Assembly (NCBI RefSeq): GCF_001194135.2 | Contig: NC_068985.1 | Span: 40,316,646 to 40,380,645, forward strand | Direction of reading: 5' to 3' | From: Octopus bimaculoides | Taxonomy: Eukaryota | Length of the DNA: 64,000 nt | Part shown: positions 36,720 through 49,520 of the stretch, one piece after another | Numbering within the stretch: the stretch's first letter is position 1 | How the letters are laid out: the number at the start of each line of letters is the position of its first letter | Notes under the pieces: model-generated | Database searches by the model: none | What the model was told of the DNA's origin: nothing | What the model saw: only the letters and a program-made list of their open reading frames with translations | Made by a program: the position numbers and the translations under genes

Positions 36720-38171
36720 AACACACATACATACACAGGATATCAGACATAGAAATATCAGATAATGTGGTTTGCATGCACATGTGCACACATGTACACA
36801 CACACACATACATACACACACACACAGAGTCAGAAAGAAAGTCAAATACCTAAATTCATACAGCTGTATACAGACAGCTACAAAAACAAGCACACGTATA
36901 CACACACCTACATACACACACACAACATATGCACACCTACACATGAACAAGAATAAACTATCTCTCCTCTCCTCTCTTTCATACATACCTGCATAGAAAC
37001 CGACAAACATATGGACGCACATCTTTGCAATAATACAAACATACATATGCACACTTACACATGAACACAAGATTTGTATTATCTATCTCTGATGCATATA
37101 TATATATACACACATACATACAAACGGATAGATATAAACAGATACACACATACGCACCCACTCACATACAAATGCATAGAGATGTCATACCTGAAATGTT
37201 ATGCCTCTAAACAGTAAGTTTCCTAGTATCTAAACACATACATGATTATTAGTGTAAAATATTAAGTTGAAAACTTAAATGGTACAAAATGTTGAATAAA
37301 TCAAAAACTACTATACAAACTCCTCATATTACTACATTGATGTTTAAAGAAAGAAATGAACAGGATATTCATTCCTTACAGAGTTTCACTGGCTGGAAAT
37401 GAAAATGGTAAAAAAAGATAAGATGAATAAGAAAAATTATATTTTCTTCGAAAAGGAAAAGACTCCCAACTTTTTTTTTTTTTTTTACCTGTCATTGAAT
37501 GAACCCTACAGTTTCTTAGCTTATCAGCAAGCTGCAAGCACATGACTAGTTAGATATATATACTATAGCTATTTTGACAGCTGCACGTAGTAAGTCTACT
37601 GTTTGGCGCCAGATACTGAGGTAGAAAAAGAAACTAACAATAAAGGTAGAAGAAATAGAGATGTGAGAAAGAGATTGGGAAGCTAAACAGTCCCAGTAAC
37701 AGTAGGTGTAACTAGGACTAATGAAAAAAGGGTATAAATAAACATGATACAGCATAACCCAAAACTACACTACATTCAGAAAATGATAGCTCTATTAAAT
37801 GCAGCACACTTTATTATACAATCATTCATACACATACACGTGTACACTCATGTATTGAGCTCTATTTATACTGATTGCTCCATTAAACCTATATATATAT
37901 ATATATATATATATATNNNNNNNNNNNNNNNNNNNNNNNNNNNNNNNNNNNNNNNNNNNNNNNNNNNNNNNNNNNNNNNNNNNNNNNNNNNNNNNNNNNN
38001 NNNNNNNNNNNNNNNNNNNNNNNNNNNNNNNNNNNNNNNNNNNNNNNNNNNNNNNNNNNNNNNNNNNNNNNNNNNNNNNNNNNNNNNNNNNNNNNNNNNN
38101 NNNNNNNNNNNNNNNNNNNNNNNNNNNNNNNNNNNNNNNNNNNNNNNNNNNNNNNNNNNNNNNNNNNNNNN

Positions 38172-38230
<59 letters not shown>
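36720..38230. repeat. Low-complexity CA/TA/CT/GA microsatellite region with gap 37917-38171
   Basis: Directly visible. Other microsatellites at ~1985, 3104, 5631, 14055, 16880, 17018, 21071, 25861, 28455, 32405, 40662, 43100, 50425, 55685, 59333 and 60397. Confidence 0.95.
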
Positions 38231-38529
38231 AATATATAAAATGATATTGTGTGTGTGAGAGAGTAAAAAGTGCAGGCATGGTTGTTTGCTTAAGAAGGTT
38301 GCTTCACAAGCATGTGGTTTCAGGTTCAGTGCCACTGCACAGCATCTTGGACAAGTGTAGACAAACCCAAAGCTACAAGCCAGTTATATATACATGCACA
38401 TATACATTCATATACACAAGCACACATTTAAATTAGACAGACAGATAGATAGACGGATGGACGGAGAGGTGCACAGATAGACACATGCACATACATACAT
38501 ACATACATACATACATCTATTTATATATA

Positions 38530-38930
38530 AAGGTGGCAGAGTAATTAGCACATTAGACAAAATATTTAGATGCATTTCTTCTGACTCTTTACATTCTTAG
38601 TTCAAATGCTGTCAATGTCAACTTTGCCTTTTAACCCTTTCATTACCAACCCAGCTGAAACCGGCTCTGTCTCTGAGTACAAATGTCTTGTTTTCATATA
38701 AGTTTTGAATTAAAATCTTCCACCAAACCTTCGTCACAATTTATGTTCCTAACACTAGCTTAATGATAACTAAGTTATTTTACTAAATTCTTTGTTATAT
38801 TTAAAGTAATTGAAAGAAACACAGTGCATTTCAAAATAAGTACAGTAATGAAAGGGTTAAGTATCAGTTGAGCACTGGGGTTAATATAATTGATTAGCTC
38901 CTTCTCCAAAGTTTTGGGTCTTGTGACTAT
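38530..38930 (+). mobile_element. Nin/Deu-domain SINE split by a MITE
   Basis: The left part ends actttgcctt and the right part resumes ttaagtatcagttgagcactgggg. Confidence 0.75.
38635..38856. mobile_element. piggyBac-like MITE (222 bp)
   Basis: TTAA|ccctttcattac ... gtaatgaaaggg|TTAA: perfect 12-bp TIR and TTAA TSD. Confidence 0.9.
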
Positions 38931-39009
38931 AACAGAAAGAAATAGACACACACACAAAACCAGGTGCAAATGCTTTCTTTCAACTAAAGTTCTCAAATCT
39001 ACAAGTGCG

Positions 39010-39590
39010 TGCTGGGACTAGACCCATTCATTCATGTCATATTCATTACTATTACCCACCTTTAAAAAATTTACTAGAGAGCCCCACTCCTTTCTTTCAA
39101 CTCTCACTTTCTCCTCCAAGTGAACTTGAAAAAGTCAATGAAGTCTTGGTTGAAGATGAAAGAGTGTCTGCAGTCCTTTCAGTATTGCTCAGTATTTTCT
39201 TTTACCGTAGCCACAAGACAGATAAAAACTACCTATCTTTCTCTTTCTTAGTTCAAAGAAAGTAGCAGAACAATCTTCACACTGAATTCCCAACAGTTGG
39301 TCAACTTAACTTTACAAGTCAATCTGCTCAGACACTGAACAGTATATGCAGAACCATTTTGTCACTGTGTACATCTTGTACAGGCTCAGCTGATGGCACT
39401 TCCATGCTTGTAGAGTTAGTTTATCTGAAACTGGTAATGCTTCTCAGCAGTACTACCAGGCCAAAGATTTCTGAAAATTATCCATAGTGCTCAGACTGAA
39501 AGTCCTCTGGAACTGAGCAACAGGTTCATTCTAGTTGACACCCAGAATATTCCAGCATACCATCACTCTTCTCCACCACTAACTCTCTGT
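39010..39590 (-). mobile_element. L1/Tx1-clade LINE 3' end
   Basis: zf-RVT-like C.RC...SDKMVLHILF, then VFICLVATVKE, LKGLQT and KVRVERK motifs. Confidence 0.7.
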
Positions 39591-39639
39591 ATATTGTTGA
39601 TTTCTAACCTTGCTATATAGGAATGAATTCTGGAAGAGG

Positions 39640-40020
39640 ACTGTAGTTAACTACATCAATTGCAAAACATGACTGGTACTTTCACTGAACCAGGAAAGTT
39701 TGACAGGCAAAGTTGACTTTGGTAACATTTGAACTCTGAATGTAGAAGAACAAAATTAAATATAAAGGTAATCTACTATTATTCCCATTTCATTCCTTAT
39801 TAGTAATGGCTTCTTATTTAGGCACAAGGCCAGCAATTTTGACAGGAGAGAGTTAGTCAATACTTTTCACAACTAGATTGGTACTTCATTTTACTGACCT
39901 CAGAAGAGTAAAAAAGCAAAGTTGATCTCAGCAGGATTTGAACTCAGAATATAAGGAACTGCAAGTAATACCACAAGCAATTTTTTTATGCTCTAAAGAC
40001 TCTGCTAGCTCATCACTTTA
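39640..40020 (-). mobile_element. Two degenerate Nin/Deu SINEs
   Basis: ctggtactt...aggcaaagttgac...atttgaactc(t/a)gaat occurs twice. Confidence 0.7.
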
Positions 40021-40509
40021 TTCCTTATAATTAATGTTATAATTTGTAACAATAGTTAATACAAACCCATACATTTTCAAAATGAAATATATTAATTTAA
40101 ATGACCTGGTTCATACCTAGTATTTACCAAATCTAAAAGACAGAAACAAACTTAGTAGTACATGAACTCAAAATGTAGAGACATTATTAAACACAACAAA
40201 GCATTTTGTCAGACACTGTCAATTCTGCCAATTGCTATTTTCCATCATAATTCAAAACCACAAATTTTGGAGAGACAACAATCAATTAAATGGACCCCAG
40301 TACTTGACTGGTAATTATTTTATCTACCCCAGAAGAATGAATGGTAAAGTTAACCAAGGCAGGAGTTGAGCACAAGGATAAAAAATATACAATGAAAATT
40401 CTTTATCATCAATTAAGTAGTACACTTTTTTGCAATTTCTATTTCCTACTGATATATCAAGATGCACTTCTAAAGAGTACATATATGAACATTTTATATC
40501 TACAAACAG

Positions 40510-40657
40510 GAGCAGGCACGGTTGTGTGATTAACATGTTCACTTATCAACTTCATAGATCCAGATACAATACCACTGTGCAATCTTGGGCCAAGTGTCTT
40601 CTTTTACCATAGTCTCAAGTTGGTCAATGCCTTGTGAATGAGATCTAGTAGGTATAA

Positions 40658-40660
<3 letters not shown>
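40510..40660 (+). mobile_element. tRNA-derived SINE with long (TG)n tail (40662-40740)
   Basis: gcaggcacggttgtgtg...ttgggccaagtgtcttct...aatgccttgtgaatgagat. Confidence 0.7.
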
Positions 40661-40738
<78 letters not shown>

Positions 40739-43096
40739 GTGCGTAATGCAATAAAACAGATTTGATGAAATCTAAAATAGTAAACCAGGAGGTATTTGAT
40801 ACTGAAACAAGGCTTCCCTCCCCTCTCTCTCTCTTTCTTGTGCGACCACACACACACACACACACACACACATAAATGTGTGTGTATAACAGTATAGATG
40901 CCTGGTAGTATTGAAGTTGTAAAAGGGAAGTAGCTTCTTCCTCTTAAAGAGAATTAACTATGGTGAATGTAGCCATTTAATAATTAAAGATAAAAATGAG
41001 TATTAGCATTGACATAATTTAAAGTGGTGCTCAAGCATAGTTGCAGTCCAGCGATTGAAACCAGCAAATGAACAAGAGAATACACAGAAATGTAGGGGTT
41101 GTACTGAAATATTTAGTTAGCTACAGCTGTGGTCATAGTTCCACTGAAGTAGAACAAACCAAAGCGGCAGCAGTAACAGTCTCTTCAAGTTTAATGCATA
41201 ATTTGCATGTGTTCAAATGAATCAGCCAACTAAGTCTTTATGGTTTTGCTGAAATCAATATTTGCCATTTATAAAACATAATGGATTCACTAATGGTTAT
41301 TTTATGGAAGATTTAACACTGATTTCTTAAACTAGCACAAAGGAACAAAACAGACTGTGTTATTTATACAGTGTACTGAAAATACCCAGAAAAATAGAAG
41401 GCAAAGTCAACTGTTGAAGGATTTGAACCCAAAACATAAAAGAGGGTAATTGAATACTAAATATCATTTAAACCAACTGATTCTAAAATTTATACACTAT
41501 ATATGTATATAATTTATACACTCATTCTTCTTACAAGATAAGTCAGTATCTGTAGGTTATAACTAGTCATTTGGCCCCTATTTTTGTGCCATAGAATTGC
41601 TGAGTCAGAACTGGCCTCAACTACACAATAACAGCAGCAAAGAGGGTGTCTATATGGTTGCACGATCTGCTAGAGAGAACCAAATCTCCTTTGAATTACA
41701 TCCTGCATTAAAGAGTGTTGTCCAAGATACACTGTTTGAAAAAAATGGCTATGTCTGCAATCTCTTTGATCAAAGGTCTGCATGATCAAATGCAACTTGG
41801 AGCTACACAGTAACAAAGTCTCATTTCAGATGTTCTATATTTTTATAAGATCAAGTGTTTTAAGCAGAATTCAATCCTTTTGTTTATTTTCTAATTTCAT
41901 ATTTATTTTGTTTTATTTCTATTGTTTCAATTTAATTTCAAATCAATGTGATGTTTTAATACATCAAAACTAGGACAGAGGAAATCAAATCTATTGAAAC
42001 TGTAATTTAAACACATATCAACATTCAATACCTATATAAAAAGATACCTCTTTATCAAGTTTTCTTTCATTCTGAATTACAATTTTTCAATTTTTCTGCC
42101 ATCTTAGTTTTATTAATTTGAAACAAACAAATAAACAAACAAACAAACAAAAATTTAATCAAGTTAATTCAAACCAACCAAGTTCATAATCAAACTAAAT
42201 GTAAAAGGATGGATATTCACATATAAAAAATAGAGAATAGATTATTTTTTTTCTCTCGCAAAACTTCCTTTTATTATAAAGCAATTTTAAAGTTTGAGGT
42301 ATTAAGGGTAAAAATGTACCCAATAACAACTTAAATTATTTATATCCTGAAACATATATAGATAACTTGTAAGTCAGTTACACTCATATAAAACACTAAG
42401 TTGGTAAGTGAAAAATTAGGACACATATTGATGTTGAGTTAAACAGATAAAAAAATGAATAATTTTAGATGAATTATATATACACACTTTCCTTCCATTC
42501 ATGTCAATATGGACAAATGGAAATGAAATAGTAAGGATGTTGAAAAGGGTAAAGTGGAGGAGAGGGGGATGTAATGGAGGAAAATCTGAGTTTGTTTGCT
42601 TGTTCGTCCAGAGAGAAAATGGGAAGTGGAGCTGGGTTTCTGGGGCATGGTTTTAAACAATTATATTCCCCCCTTTTTTTTTTATCACAAAAGTGTTATT
42701 TCACACATTAACAATTTCTAAGACATTCCAGTTTTGGAATCTAAACTTGAAAGAGTATAAATAAGTAAAGAACGGCCGTGTGAGGGGGAGGGGGAGAGGG
42801 AGAGGGAGAGAGGGGGAGAGAGAGAGAGAGAGAGAGTATTAATGGTGAATTTGAACCCAAAATCAATGAGCTAGTTTTCAAATATCAAATTAACTCATTC
42901 ATTCAACTTCTACTAGCAGTAATGGTGGTGACATGGTGTGAGTGTTAGCATGAATGACAACAGTCACGAGAATTCATCATGGAGAGTCATATGAATGAGC
43001 TATGGATGACATTGCATCACACACACAACATATTTTCTCATATTTCATATATTCTATGTCCTTTGAAAGCATTCAATAGACAGAAACTGAAATAAA

Positions 43097-43133
<37 letters not shown>

Positions 43134-43144
43134 ANNNNNNNNNN

Positions 43145-43180
<36 letters not shown>

Positions 43181-44514
43181 ATGCATGTCTATAAAATCTG
43201 CTAAGCTACAACTACAAATGGGGACATCATTATTTATGGAGGAGGCTATTGTGGAGGAGGCTATATTGACATATCCTAGCAACAAATTGTCTCTTAGATC
43301 TATGCTTTCAAATTCCCCTGGAATAAGTTGGTATCAGGAAGAGCATCTGGCTGTAAAACATTCTCTCAATTACTGTCTTGCTAACATAGAAAAACAGACA
43401 CCAAACAAAAACAAACAAATAGTTTTACTGAATGCAATAAAAGCAGTTTTCTGTTTTTCTCTTTCCATTTTTACTACACAAGAAACAACAACAGCAGCAG
43501 TAGTCTGGCAACATTCCTACATCCTCTAGATTGTGATAGACATAGTCTAGACGCATACAAAATTAACAATTCAAAGACAAATGGGGAAATATTGGAACAA
43601 GTGGTATATGCTATAAATTCCAGTTGAGATATGAAAATTATGAATCACACAAGACACAATGCTGATGAGCCAACAAGGAAGCTTTTATTAAGCTCTCTAC
43701 CAGAAATAACAACCAAATTTCACTTAAATCACACACTACCATCTAAGAAAAGATGGTATCTAAGACTGCATTGGATAACATAAATTGAATATGTGATGCC
43801 CGCAAGAAATATGACATGGACATAGCCAGAATACTTTTGACCATATGTAGCAACGCTACACACTGATTATGCTCCTTGCATTGATCTAAAATAAACACTG
43901 CATTTCAAAGCGGTTGTCTTACATTTATATATAGTTGAAATATTGTGTTATTTCAGTTATTAACAGCAACAACAACAATTGTATTAATTCAACAGTAATA
44001 GTAGTGCTTAACTACTTGGTCTTATATTCTTATGACTGTGGTTGTTATTATGAATGATTTTCATTTAGCTCCAAGTCAATTCTGATCAGTTGACCTATGA
44101 TCAAAAGTATTCCAGCCCTGACCATTCCATCTGTTTAAAAGTATGTAGGACTACATTATCTAATGTGTTCTTCTTATTTTAAGATTGTGAGGTGTGGGTT
44201 GTAGATCTGACTGTCATTTCTAGCAAGTCAAATTCCTATATGAGGCTCCTTCATTGAAAAGAAGAGGATTGACAATTCATTGTAATACATAAATATATAT
44301 TTAGTCTTATAAAAATATACTGCAACCAGCTTACAGAAGTTTTGGTAGCTAAAAATAAAAGCTCAACTAACATGCGAGTCATTTAAGAGTCATCAGAACT
44401 ACTTATCACAATTCATAGTCAAAGAATTAAAGTTTCAAAGAATAAATCTCTTTAAGACAGAAACAAATTATTACTTGTACATTGGCATCTACATGGAGCA
44501 AATTGAATAAATAG

Positions 44515-44690
44515 GATTTATTAACAAAAGCATCGACACAGCTTTGTTTACAATAAATGCATGCATGAAATGAGCTGTTTATGGGATATTGTCATAGTAA
44601 CAGTTGATATGCTTATTAAACACAATCCATATGATTACATAAATGCATTTATTCAAAACAAAGCTGTGTTAGTGCTTTTGTTAATAAATC
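44515..44690. mobile_element. Hairpin MITE (176 bp, 48-bp TIRs)
   Basis: Arms 44515-44562 and 44643-44690 differ at ~5 positions; tag flanks both sides. Confidence 0.8.
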
Positions 44691-45384
44691 TAGTCTGTCA
44701 GGCTTGCACTATGAAAATTATGTTACAGCAGAATAATTTGTTTATATTTTTCCTAAGAAGATTTACTCTTCATAACTTCAGTAACTGAAAGTTGAGATAA
44801 GCAGGCCTGATGAGTTTTAAGAAGACAAAACACATGTTGGCTAACCCATCACTCTTAGTTACAAATATTCTGATCTATTTACAATATATTTTCACGATGA
44901 TACTAAAATATGTTTCTTAAAAATACTGTATATTTTCATGTATACATTTATTCACACACACACACACACACACACACAACAAGCCAGTACAATCCATGTG
45001 TAGTCAAACTTACTCAGCAAGAGGGTAATTTTTGGATACTCTATAAGATTAAAAACAAAACCTGTCTAAAAAGCTAGATAAAATTACAAAGGTCAATGGT
45101 CATCCAATACCAACAAGAAATATCTCACATTGTAGACTTCTAGCAGCTAGCTCCTGCAGCAGCTATAAAATCAGTATCCTGTGCTTAGCCAATTCCAACT
45201 AAAGAATGCTACCAGTAAAGGTAATTAAGACTTAAATCTTGTGCAAGTAGTTCCTCAAAATAATGTCAACAAGTTAAAAGTATAGAAGCTAGATTACTGT
45301 CTGGATTATCAACAATCACATTGGTTTTCTTTTATCACAAGTTGTGGCAAAATATTCACTAGGATACAAGAACTGCAGCATTTA

Positions 45385-45660
45385 CCTGGCTCAATGGCTT
45401 GTTATAATGTTACTAGGCAGAGGAGGGAACAGATTGACCAGAAAGGCATGCTATCTTTGTGGCACTGGTGTTGGAAAGCAATAACATTAATATAGCTGCC
45501 CTTTGCAAGGCCAAACTGCCTATACAGCCACTCTTTGCAAAGCCAGACTGTCAAAATGTGATAGTGTCATAGATATGGTGATGCACATTTTTGGGGATTG
45601 AGAAACCAGTAGATCAGAGACATAGGGGTATATAAAAACGGTAGTATTACCAAATTAGAA
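45385..45660 (+). mobile_element. RTE LINE apurinic-endonuclease N-terminal fragment
   Basis: RPERHAIFVALVLESNNINIAALCKAKL resembles RPERRTALVARELxRYNIDIAALSETRL. Confidence 0.7.
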
Positions 45661-47364
45661 ATATACAAACCATTCTATATGTGAATGAGGTTTTGGAATT
45701 ATGAGAAAGAGAAAGTGAATGTAAAGAGACTCTTTCTTCATAAATATGTAAAAAGAAAAGGTGTTATTCTTAGTCACAATTTATAATTACTCAGATTTTC
45801 AATAGTATAACTAGTTTGAATTTTATATTCTTAATATTTTCTTTCAAAAAAATTTAATACAAAAAAGATGGATGGATTTTTTTAAGAGTTCTTTTCTATA
45901 TTTACTTGGTGAGTTTGATCTATAACTTGTATAACTCTATTTTAAACCCTTCTAGACATTTATAGAACAGATGACAAGATCTTGATTATACAACTAATAG
46001 ATGGATTATAAATATATTGTGAAATAATAACATATGCAATTAAAGCTGAAATTGTATAGCTTTCATAACCTTCCTTGCTCTCATATCTACTTAGAAAAAA
46101 AAACATTAGGGAATTTTTTTTATCAAATACAATGTTTGTAGATGATAGTCAGATTGAAACCTGATATATTTTGACTATCTTTACATTCATTTTACACACC
46201 ATAGATGTATAACTGCAAATATCAGGAGAATGCTTTAGTTTAGTTCCATTGAATACCTCATAATTTATGTATAAATACCTAGTGTTTACTTACAGGTAAA
46301 TTTTCTATCTTTTCAACCATCTGATACAATTACTTAATTTAGCAAGTCAGCTCCAAAATATTATGTTAGTATTAATGGGGTGGGGGGCAAATGGTATTCC
46401 TTAACGATCTCCAGTTTTAGTAAATAGTTATTTACTGTTTGAATAGTCTTTAAAATACTAAATAACAGGACATCACCCACCTCTGTAGTTCTTCACTCCC
46501 AAAGTATTGCAGTCAGCTACTTTCAGAATTATGTCCATTAACTCACTAGAAAACATTCATTCTTAATTCTTCTTTTGTTTCATGGTCAACAGTTTTTTTG
46601 TTTTTTTTTAACTTAATGCTTCACATGACAAAGTTAAGGCAAATTTATCAGTTAACTTTCATTTTAGTCCATTCACAACATTCTCTGCTGTTCTTACCAC
46701 TGACAACTGTCCTGTCATTGTAACATTTGTTCTTGTGTCCCTGTAGTTTTGTTTTTGCTAAGTTCAACTTGTAACCTTGGTCAACATTTTTGCTAATTAT
46801 CTTCTTTTCAGTACACATTTATTCATATGGTATTCAATGTTTCAGAATAAATCTTTACTAGTTTCTCATGTTCTAAGAATTCTTCAGCTTTAGCTGAAGA
46901 AAACAATTATGCAGTAGCTAATGAGATTTTTCTCTAGTTCCCTCTTGTTGTTGTTAGACTCTTTTTATAGTCTCTTAAAGTTATGTATCATACTGTAAAT
47001 ATTCTTCTACAACATGTATGCTGGTGGAGGACACATTGACTTACATATAATGCATAGCTTCTACCAAACTTCTACTTTTTTTCTCGCAAAGTTACTTATT
47101 ATCTAACATAAACAGTCCACATACTACTTCTTGTTTGAAAAAATTCTGTAGTTTATGATGATGATTCATGGATGTAATGTCATTTGCACCCTCCCTTTCT
47201 TGAGATGTAAATGAAAATATAACCCTCGAATTAGGTGTTTTCTTGAGGTTTATTTCTAGCTCCAGCTTCTAAGTAGGCAAATACCCTTTCTATAGCTAAC
47301 CACTCAATTGTGGAATATAAGAAGAGCATATTTGTCTCTTTGTCAGGTAGATACACTGAATTAA

Positions 47365-47584
47365 CCCTTCAACATTGATTACTTTGTCAAATATAATGCT
47401 TATTTATTCACACTGTGGTTTAAATTTATTATTCATTATCTCACAGCTTCAAGATTTTGATCATGTGATTATGCATTTTTAGAATAACATTATTGGGTAC
47501 ATGTGAGAAGTCAGATCTGTCTGATTTGAACATAAAACAGGTAGGATATTTGGGCTGGATATGACCAGTTTAAATGCTAAGGGG
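47365..47584. mobile_element. piggyBac-like MITE (220 bp), second family
   Basis: TTAA|cccttcaacatt ... aatgctaagggg|TTAA. Confidence 0.75.
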
Positions 47585-47779
47585 TTAAACTATGGTATAT
47601 GCAATGGTTATAACGGTAAGATTTAAACTTTCATCTCCACATCTGCAGTATCTTTTGTGAGTTGCTATTAGCTTCAGATTCTGTAAAGCAAATTCAGATT
47701 CGAGACAATCTTACATCTGGATAGTTCACTAATGAATCACAGTAACTTTTCCATAAGGTTGGAAAGTTGTTTTTCTGCT

Positions 47780-47995
47780 AGATAAACTGAAGCTAAGTCA
47801 GTTGAAGCCTCTACATTGTTACTCGATCTGCTAGAAATAGCGACCAAAATGCCTCAAATCAGATCCTATCATTTTAAAAAGGAGAAGTACATATAAAATA
47901 ATTCAGTCCAAGATACCATTAAAAAGAATGGAAGGTCACAAATAGAATAATTTTGATCATAAGATCTGCTTGACTGAGCTCACTGGGACTAAGCA
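47780..47995 (+). repeat. Interspersed repeat family with head ctgctagaaatagcagccaaatct
   Basis: Other copies at ~23500, 33470(-), 41650, 43680, 44090(-), 53330(-), 57830, 58640 and 59950(-). Confidence 0.7.
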
Positions 47996-48457
47996 ATAAC
48001 AATTGAAGCAAAACACCTGCAGTAACATTCAAGAATTCAAGTTTCAAAATTTGAAATGACCCATAAGTTAATCTTCAATGAAGGTTAAATTTTACAATAT
48101 GACTTAATACCTATATTTTTAACTGACGAGGTCTTTCTAGTTTAAATGTAGTCATTTTGAGATTAGGCCAAAATTACATTATCACAAATATTTATCTAAT
48201 GGAATATTCTGTAATAACTAATGCACAGATACATAGGCAGTCTGTCAACAGCCCATCTATATTTAAAGCAGACTTCCAGATTCTGAAGCAGTTTGAAAAC
48301 TGGCATGCCAAAACTTGTCAATTTACTTGATGAAAATATATTCTTTTATGCCTATAATCGCAGCCTGCCCACAAACTGGCAAAACAGATAGCTTGTGTAT
48401 GTTTGATACTGTTCATATGTCCCGGGGTGCTTCTCATTCATATTTGAACATATATAT

Positions 48458-48818
48458 CATCATCAGCATCATCATCATCATTGTTTAACATCTGCTTTCC
48501 ATGCTGGCATAGGTTGGACAGTTTGACTGAGGGCTGGCGAGCCAGAAGGTTGCACCAGGCTCCAATCTGATCTGGCAGAGTTTCTACAGCTGGATGCCCT
48601 TCATAACACCAACCACTCCGAGAGTGTAGTGAATGCTTTTTACATGCCACTGGACGAGGGCCAGTCAGGCGATACTGGCACCTGCCACGCTCAAATGGTG
48701 CTTTTTATGTGTCACCGGCATAGTAGCCAGCCAGGCAACACTGGCAACGATCACGCTTGAATAGTGCTTTTTACGTGCCACTAGCGCAGGAGCCAGTCAG
48801 GTGGCACTGGCAACAATG
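48458..48818 (-). mobile_element. 5'-truncated RTE 3' UTR with ~2.8 units of the 66-bp array
   Basis: (GAT)n tail, unit anchors at 48634, 48699 and 48765, flanked by the probable TSD atttgaaYatatatat. Confidence 0.85.
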
Positions 48819-48845
48819 ATATATATACATTTGAATATATATATA

Positions 48846-49000
48846 TTGGTGTTAGGAAGGATATCCAGCCATAGAAACCATGCCAAAACAGACAATTGGA
48901 GCCTGGACAGTTCTCCAGCTAATCAACTCCTGTCGAACTGTCCTACCCATGTCAATATGGAAAATGGACATTAAACAATGATGATGACGATGATGATACA
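48846..49000 (+). mobile_element. RTE LINE 3' tail
   Basis: ttggtgttaggaaggatatccagcc...atggaaaatggacattaaacaatgatgatg. Confidence 0.85.
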
Positions 49001-49280
49001 CTAAAGGGCCAGTGAACATGCAGCCCAATAATAAATTTGACAGTAAATGTTTCATTATTATTCTTAATTCCTCCTACTGAAAATAACTTGTGATAGACCA
49101 GCATCCGGAGTGAGGGCTTGTCTTTAATTTACATAATTCTACATTCCTCTGAAATTCCATTCCAGCCTACACTTTCCTGTAGTCATCAGCTTGCAGCTTT
49201 TCATTAGAAGCATCAACTACATTACCCTCACTCCTTGTGGAGGGCCTGTGAAGGCTATTAGTACAGCACCTTCCTTTAGA

Positions 49281-49520
49281 CCTGTGTTTTTCAACCATTT
49301 TCCCCCAAAGGCCCTTTTGATTCCTATTTTATTTTACTGGACTCCCATGTTTAAAAAAATCCTATTATATTTTTATAATTAAAAATTATTAGGAATTGTA
49401 TAAAAAAATGTTGAAATATTTTGTGTATTGTAAAAGCATAACCAATTTATTGTTCATAAACTTTAACAAGATCTTATATGGACCCAAAAGGGTCACATAG
49501 ACCCCATTTGAGAACTCCTG
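49281..49520 (-). mobile_element. hAT-like MITE
   Basis: Reverse complement of the 52403-52640 family. Confidence 0.7.

Noticed and set aside
37489-37617. Minus segment with strong acceptor and donor
   Set aside because: Stops in all three frames; only a weaker internal acceptor gives an open 43-nt exon.
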